This document shows positions 59,208-64,000 of a stretch of 64,000 bases of DNA, piece after piece. How positions within the stretch are numbered: the first letter of the stretch is position 1; each line of letters starts with the position of its first letter. Source of the stretch: a virus (Duplodnaviria > Caudoviricetes). The stretch spans positions 79,759 through 143,758 of the IMG/VR virus record IMGVR_UViG_3300033463_000025; one strand, 5' to 3'. The notes beneath the pieces were generated by a model that was not told the origin of the DNA, did not search any database, and worked only from the letters and a program-made list of their open reading frames with translations. The position numbers were made by a program, and so were the translations under genes.

Positions 59208-60233
59208 ATGCCTAATGCAAATAAAGCGAACAGACAGGTTGCCGACGTTTTACTTCAGGATTATAAGACTAAAGCTCCTTTTCTGAACTTCGATACTGCG
59301 AACACCACTACTACTGGTGTTACTGGCGATGCCGTGTATGCTATGGCTAAGGGTGCTAAGAGGATTGCTTTCCAAAATGCTATGGAAGGTACTCTGACTA
59401 TTGAGAGCCAGATTCATCCTTTTAAGTATTACTCCCTGTTTAGCGACGGCACTGTTGATACTACCGCCGCTTATGGTGACACACAGACCATTACTGCCGC
59501 TACTGGTGGTACTCTGACTCTGAATGTTCCTGCTGATGGTACTATTCAGACTGGTAGTGTGTTTGTTTATCCTGCTGATTCATTTGGTGAGGATGGTGCG
59601 TTAATCCCTGCGACTTATGAGAGTGGTGTTGTTACTGCTACTGTTACCGCGCAGATTGAGCAGGGTCACGCTTATACGGTTGGTTATGTAATTAGCCGTA
59701 CCGCTAATGTTAAGAAGATTTCTTTCAACAACAAGAGACTGCCCAAAGATTTCTACATCACTATGTCCACTCTTGAGAAGGACGAGGACGGCGTTTATAC
59801 ACCGTTTAAGATGGTTGTCTATAAAGCGACTCCGCAGAGAGGCTTCGAGGTTACTCTTAGTTCTGAGGGCGACCCAGCAAGTATTACGGCGACTTTCGAC
59901 CTGCTGGAAGACAAAGATGGTAACTTCCTCGACTTTGTTGAGATTACCGATGCGCCGCTTTCTACAAGCAGAAATGTCCTGTCTATAGTTCAGGGTGGTA
60001 GAAGTGCTGATATTACAATCGACAACGCCGTTGGTGCTATAACTGCCGCTATAAAGGATAGCTCTGATGCGACCTATTCTAAGGTTAAGGCGACTATTTC
60101 AGGCGACAACGATACCATTATCGTAACGGCTGATGCTGATGCCGCTGTTGGTACTTACACTGTGACGCTGACCGATTCTGCGTCTACTCCGCAGACTACA
60201 GTTATCACGGTTTATGTTATCGCTTCGACCTAA
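59208..60233 (+). CDS. tail tube (major tail) protein with C-terminal Ig-like domain
   Basis: Thr/Ala-rich, SSEGDPAS..TFD, biased codons, terminator after the gene. Confidence 0.75.
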   Translation: MPNANKANRQVADVLLQDYKTKAPFLNFDTANTTTTGVTGDAVYAMAKGAKRIAFQNAMEGTLTIESQIHPFKYYSLFSDGTVDTTAAYGDTQTITAATGGTLTLNVPADGTIQTGSVFVYPADSFGEDGALIPATYESGVVTATVTAQIEQGHAYTVGYVISRTANVKKISFNNKRLPKDFYITMSTLEKDEDGVYTPFKMVVYKATPQRGFEVTLSSEGDPASITATFDLLEDKDGNFLDFVEITDAPLSTSRNVLSIVQGGRSADITIDNAVGAITAAIKDSSDATYSKVKATISGDNDTIIVTADADAAVGTYTVTLTDSASTPQTTVITVYVIAST

Positions 60234-60335
60234 TCTAACGATATAAATTAAGGGGGCGAGGGTTTTTATCCACCCTCCCCCTCTTTTAATCTCCTTCAGT
60301 TGTGGGAGATTACTAACAACTAAAAGGAGTTAATT

Positions 60336-60629
60336 ATGATTAAGAATTGTAAAGTTTTGATTAACAACGAATATGTAACCGTTGTTGATTTTGGAGACCG
60401 ACAGGTACAGTTACCTTCAATTAAACGTAAGGCAAATTGTATTAAGGTTGAATACAAAGACGGTATTTATACCGTGTTACCCGATGACTATATTGAGCAG
60501 AAGGTTGAAGAAGGCGCAACCGTTATTGCCGAAGCTGGCAAGGCAATAGCCGTTTCTGAAAAACCGACTGTAAAGCCAAAGGGTAAAACCACTAAGAAAA
60601 CAACAAAAAGAAAAACGGAAAGCAAGTAA
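60336..60629 (+). CDS. hypothetical protein with basic tail
   Basis: ORF with RBS. Confidence 0.65.
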   Translation: MIKNCKVLINNEYVTVVDFGDRQVQLPSIKRKANCIKVEYKDGIYTVLPDDYIEQKVEEGATVIAEAGKAIAVSEKPTVKPKGKTTKKTTKRKTESK

Positions 60630-60843
60630 GGTAATACCAATGATGCGACAAAACCGAAATAGTTGTATTGAGTTAATGAGTTAGGGAAACAAATCCAACT
60701 AATATACGGTTTTGTTTCCCTATGTTTTTGCGTTCCTTATATGAACTATTCGCTCATATTTTGTGCTTCTTGTATGAGTTATTCGCTCATATTTTGTTGT
60801 TGATAAATAAATTAGTTTAATAATAAAGAAAGGAAATAAAGAA

Positions 60844-61071
60844 ATGCCAAAGATTGCAGGATTTGAAACACTCCAAGATGTGTTCGATTGCTATGGGAGA
60901 GAGAATTTAATTCCAATAGATTATTTGCCACAGATACTTTTTTATACCTCACACGGTTATCAACCTGAATTTGTTTATGAAAACGAGATTAAGGGTGGTC
61001 GCCTTACAGCGTGGTATCATAAAAAGAAAACCCAAAATGTTTACAAAGAGTGGATGAACAATCGGGGCTGA
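60844..61071 (+). CDS. hypothetical protein
   Basis: ORF with RBS. Confidence 0.65.
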   Translation: MPKIAGFETLQDVFDCYGRENLIPIDYLPQILFYTSHGYQPEFVYENEIKGGRLTAWYHKKKTQNVYKEWMNNRG

Positions 61072-61601
61072 ATGATGTGGCGACCAATGTAGGAAAAATA
61101 TTTGAAGAACAGATTAAAAAAAGTTTGCCCGATTATGTTAAGTTTAGGCGATTAAACGATTCGGCTCAATCGTTTGGTGGTACAAGTAATTTGCGTTTTA
61201 GCTCCAATAACCCATTTGATTGTTTTATTTGGAACTCAAAACAGTTTAGACTGTATTGCCTTGAATTAAAAAGTAAGCAAGGAAAGTCTATATCTTTTGA
61301 AAGAACAAAGAATGATAAAGGTGATATACACTATCATCAAATCGTTGGGCTTAATGAATGGGATAAATACGCTGGCACTGTATGTGGATTTTTAATCGAA
61401 TTTCGTGAAATTGAAACAACGGTGTTTTTTCATATTCGTTATTTCAATGAACTAATAGAAAAGTTAAATAAGAAAAGTTTTAGCTGGGGTGACTTGCAAA
61501 AAAGCGGTCTACCCTATTTTGTTATCCCACAAGAGAAAAAACGCACGAGATACTTATACAATATGGACGCTTTCTTATCTAATAACAACGATATAGCATA
61601 A
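61050..61601 (+). CDS. recU: RecU-like Holliday junction resolvase
   Basis: GKIFE, NPFD, LELKS, HQI..L, G.LIEF. Confidence 0.8.
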   Translation: MDEQSGLNDVATNVGKIFEEQIKKSLPDYVKFRRLNDSAQSFGGTSNLRFSSNNPFDCFIWNSKQFRLYCLELKSKQGKSISFERTKNDKGDIHYHQIVGLNEWDKYAGTVCGFLIEFREIETTVFFHIRYFNELIEKLNKKSFSWGDLQKSGLPYFVIPQEKKRTRYLYNMDAFLSNNNDIA

Positions 61602-61736
61602 TTGCGTCGTTTGGTTAGCTTACGCTAACCGTGTAGCGTTTTTGTGTGTAAAACGTAAAAGTGTATTCAGAAGATTAAAACGCGATACAGGGCAATTCTG
61701 GGCAAAATAGAGGCATATTTGATTGGAGGATTTTTA

Positions 61737-61898
61737 ATGCAGAAAATCGTTAAATTTAGAGTAAGTGAATCGGCGGAAGTTGACGAGCAGATTTCTGATT
61801 ATTTAGATGATAATTCAACTGAAGAGATTGTTACACTTACTACCGTTCATAATCACGGTGACGAAATTGTAATTGCTGTGGTTGATGATGGACAATAA
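61737..61898 (+). CDS. small acidic protein
   Basis: 53 aa with GGAGG RBS, below the track cut-off. Confidence 0.55.
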   Translation: MQKIVKFRVSESAEVDEQISDYLDDNSTEEIVTLTTVHNHGDEIVIAVVDDGQ

Positions 61899-61942
61899 AA
61901 GATTAGTTTCATTAGCAAAACAAGAAAGGATGAAAGAAATAT

Positions 61943-62629
61943 ATGGAGACTAACACAAAATTATCTGTGCTTGAGTATTGCGTAGTTGTTGAGGCTATTG
62001 CGAACGGCTTTTTTACTTCGCCAGCGGAAGATGAAGACGCTGAAACATTTGTACCTAAGTATTCGCCTCACTATGGCAGGCTTAATGCTATGAGGATTTT
62101 TTATAACGTCTGTGTAACAAAGTGCAAGTTTGACGAGGAAATACCGCACAATGTAGACGAAAACTTTACCGTCCTTAATCCTGTATTCGAGGATGATGAG
62201 TTTATTTCTGCTTTTATGAACGGTATTCAGGTCGGCATGAGTGGTTATGGTCTTAACTTCGCTAATGCTTTTCAAGATGCTATGGAAATGGTAGCCAACA
62301 GAAAGCAATACTATAACTCTGGCGTGATTTACTTACAGAAAGTTATCAAGAAAGTCAAGGGTATTTTTGGCGATTTGTTTAGTGAGGAAAACATTGGCTA
62401 TTTATCTGCACTTGCTGAAAATATGTCTAATGGCAAAATCAGTAATGAAGGTATTGTAGAGGCTTATGGCAAATCAGAAATGTTCAAAAAGATAATTGAT
62501 TTTCCTACTAAAAAGGATTTAGACTCTTCCGTTGATAAGCTGAGTAAACTTGGATTAGAAAACGCGGCTACACCAGAACAAATTAGTGCTGTCATTGATG
62601 GGGCAAAATTGATAGACAAGGAAGAGTGA
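61943..62629 (+). CDS. hypothetical protein
   Basis: ORF with RBS. Confidence 0.7.
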   Translation: METNTKLSVLEYCVVVEAIANGFFTSPAEDEDAETFVPKYSPHYGRLNAMRIFYNVCVTKCKFDEEIPHNVDENFTVLNPVFEDDEFISAFMNGIQVGMSGYGLNFANAFQDAMEMVANRKQYYNSGVIYLQKVIKKVKGIFGDLFSEENIGYLSALAENMSNGKISNEGIVEAYGKSEMFKKIIDFPTKKDLDSSVDKLSKLGLENAATPEQISAVIDGAKLIDKEE

Positions 62630-62633
62630 TTAT

Positions 62634-63077
62634 ATGGCAGTTGCCAGAAATTTAGACGAGCTTCGTAAGATGATTATGAAGCAGATGGCTGTTGGTGTAG
62701 AAAATGCGTCAACGGCTATGGAAGAAGATACAAGAGAAGGACTTGAAGGATATTATCGGAGTGGTTCGCCTAATACAAGTGCGCCGTTCCATTATGTGAG
62801 AACAGATACAATGAAAAACACACCTCGCCGTTATAAGATTAAGCGAGCTGGCGATACCGTGACTGGTGGAGTTTATTTAGAAACAAGTCACCAATATGAT
62901 ACCGCTTCAAAGCCGACAATGTTGCAGGTATTAAATCTTGCCAACTATGGAATAAGGTTTAGGACAAGAGGCGGTGGACTTGCTCATCCTACTGCTGGTA
63001 AACGCGGCTTTTGGGAAAAGTCTTTAGAGGCGATGGATAAGTCATTTAACAGAGAGATGAACAAAGCTCTCAAATAA
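62634..63077 (+). CDS. probable neck/tail component (HK97 gp10-like)
   Basis: YVRTDTM..ANYG..RGFWEKS. Confidence 0.5.
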   Translation: MAVARNLDELRKMIMKQMAVGVENASTAMEEDTREGLEGYYRSGSPNTSAPFHYVRTDTMKNTPRRYKIKRAGDTVTGGVYLETSHQYDTASKPTMLQVLNLANYGIRFRTRGGGLAHPTAGKRGFWEKSLEAMDKSFNREMNKALK

Positions 63078-63091
63078 TACGAGGTGGTACT

Positions 63092-64000
63092 ATGGCTATA
63101 AAGGGTAGAACTACTGTTTATAACAATATTACTTCCAAAGAAAAATTGGAGAAGGTCGATAAAGAAAATTTAGAATTAGGCGAGGATTTCTTAGCACATC
63201 TAAAAGATATTGACCGCGCTCCCAGCACAATAGAACAGTACAGGTCTGATTTAAAAATCTTTTGGTGCTGGAATTTAGAATATAACAATAATGAAAAATT
63301 TGTCAGGTTTAAGAGAAGACAATTTGCAAAGTTTCAAGGATTTGCTATGAACGAATGGGGTTGGTCGCCAAAGCGAATACGCAGAGTAAAATCCACGTTA
63401 AGCTCTCTTTCAAATTATATTGCCGATATGTTAGAAGACGAGTATGAGGATTTTCAGCCCATTGTAAGAAAGATTGAATCTCCGCCCGATGAGGAAGTTA
63501 GAGAAAAATCGGTCTTTACTTGGAAACAACTGCAACCCCTTCTTGATAAGTTGGTTGAAAAGAAAAAGTATCAACAGGCTTGTTGGCTTGCTCTCGCTAT
63601 GTATGGTGGTAGGCGCAAGGAAGAAACAACGTTATTCAAAGTATCTTACTTTACAGATGATTGTTTAACTAACGGCGGTGCTTTATACAAAACACCAGAA
63701 AAGATTAGAACAAAAGGCAGAGGTAAACGCGGAAAGATGATACAGGTTTACACTTTAGCAAAACCGTTCAAGCCTTATCTTGATTTGTGGCTTGAGGAAA
63801 GAGCAAGGATAGTTGATATTGAAACAGATTGGCTATTCCCACGTTGCGAAAAAATAAACGGCAAGGTTGTATGGTATGATGAACCTTTTTCAACAACAAC
63901 AATCGACTCATATGCCCAAACGTTTAGCAGAATGTTAGGCAGACCCATGAACCCACATTGTTTACGTCATAGCTTTACATCGGAATTACTTAGTAACGGT
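63092..64000 (+). CDS. tyrosine recombinase (truncated by window end)
   Basis: Not in the track. Manual translation: MAIKGRTT..STIEQY..GGRRKEE..RTKGRG..NPHCLRHSF. Confidence 0.85.
   Translation, partial: MAIKGRTTVYNNITSKEKLEKVDKENLELGEDFLAHLKDIDRAPSTIEQYRSDLKIFWCWNLEYNNNEKFVRFKRRQFAKFQGFAMNEWGWSPKRIRRVKSTLSSLSNYIADMLEDEYEDFQPIVRKIESPPDEEVREKSVFTWKQLQPLLDKLVEKKKYQQACWLALAMYGGRRKEETTLFKVSYFTDDCLTNGGALYKTPEKIRTKGRGKRGKMIQVYTLAKPFKPYLDLWLEERARIVDIETDWLFPRCEKINGKVVWYDEPFSTTTIDSYAQTFSRMLGRPMNPHCLRHSFTSELLSNG

Noticed and set aside
1-64000. Stop-codon reassignment
   Set aside because: Conserved genes are uninterrupted in the standard code and no suppressor tRNA was seen.

Overview
A 64-kb piece of a large, AT-rich, SPbeta-like (probably temperate) phage of a Firmicutes host. 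Transcription diverges at about 38.3-39.5 kb. Left arm (- strand), 1-13.2 kb: a diversity-generating retroelement (target-avd-TR-RT, RT cut by the window edge), two tRNAs, an operon with a radical SAM/SPASM enzyme and six proteins sharing an MKIRTDFVTNSSSSSF N-terminus, then an MrpR/YopR-like repressor candidate, an orphan MazF and a tyrosine recombinase. From 13.8 to 38.3 kb lies an array of small early or accessory transcription units, each with a consensus sigmaA promoter, a conserved GTCAAAAGAC 5' leader, a terminator and copies of an A-tract dyad motif. Cargo includes a methyltransferase, a DUF262 protein, an ADP-ribosyltransferase-like protein, GGCT, an amidoligase, a J-domain protein and a second, remote DGR target. 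The array is bracketed by an inverted repeat (~13.18-13.45 kb and ~39.30-39.57 kb) and ends in a ~100-nt promoter-to-terminator unit antisense to the shared leader and RBS (candidate regulon-wide sRNA). Right arm (+ strand): YonO-like single-subunit RNA polymerase, tRNA-fMet, ClpP, phosphoesterase, HU, terminase, portal, scaffold, capsid, neck and tail genes, a homing-endonuclease-like insert, RecU and a truncated tyrosine recombinase. All calls come from reading motifs by eye; no searches were run.
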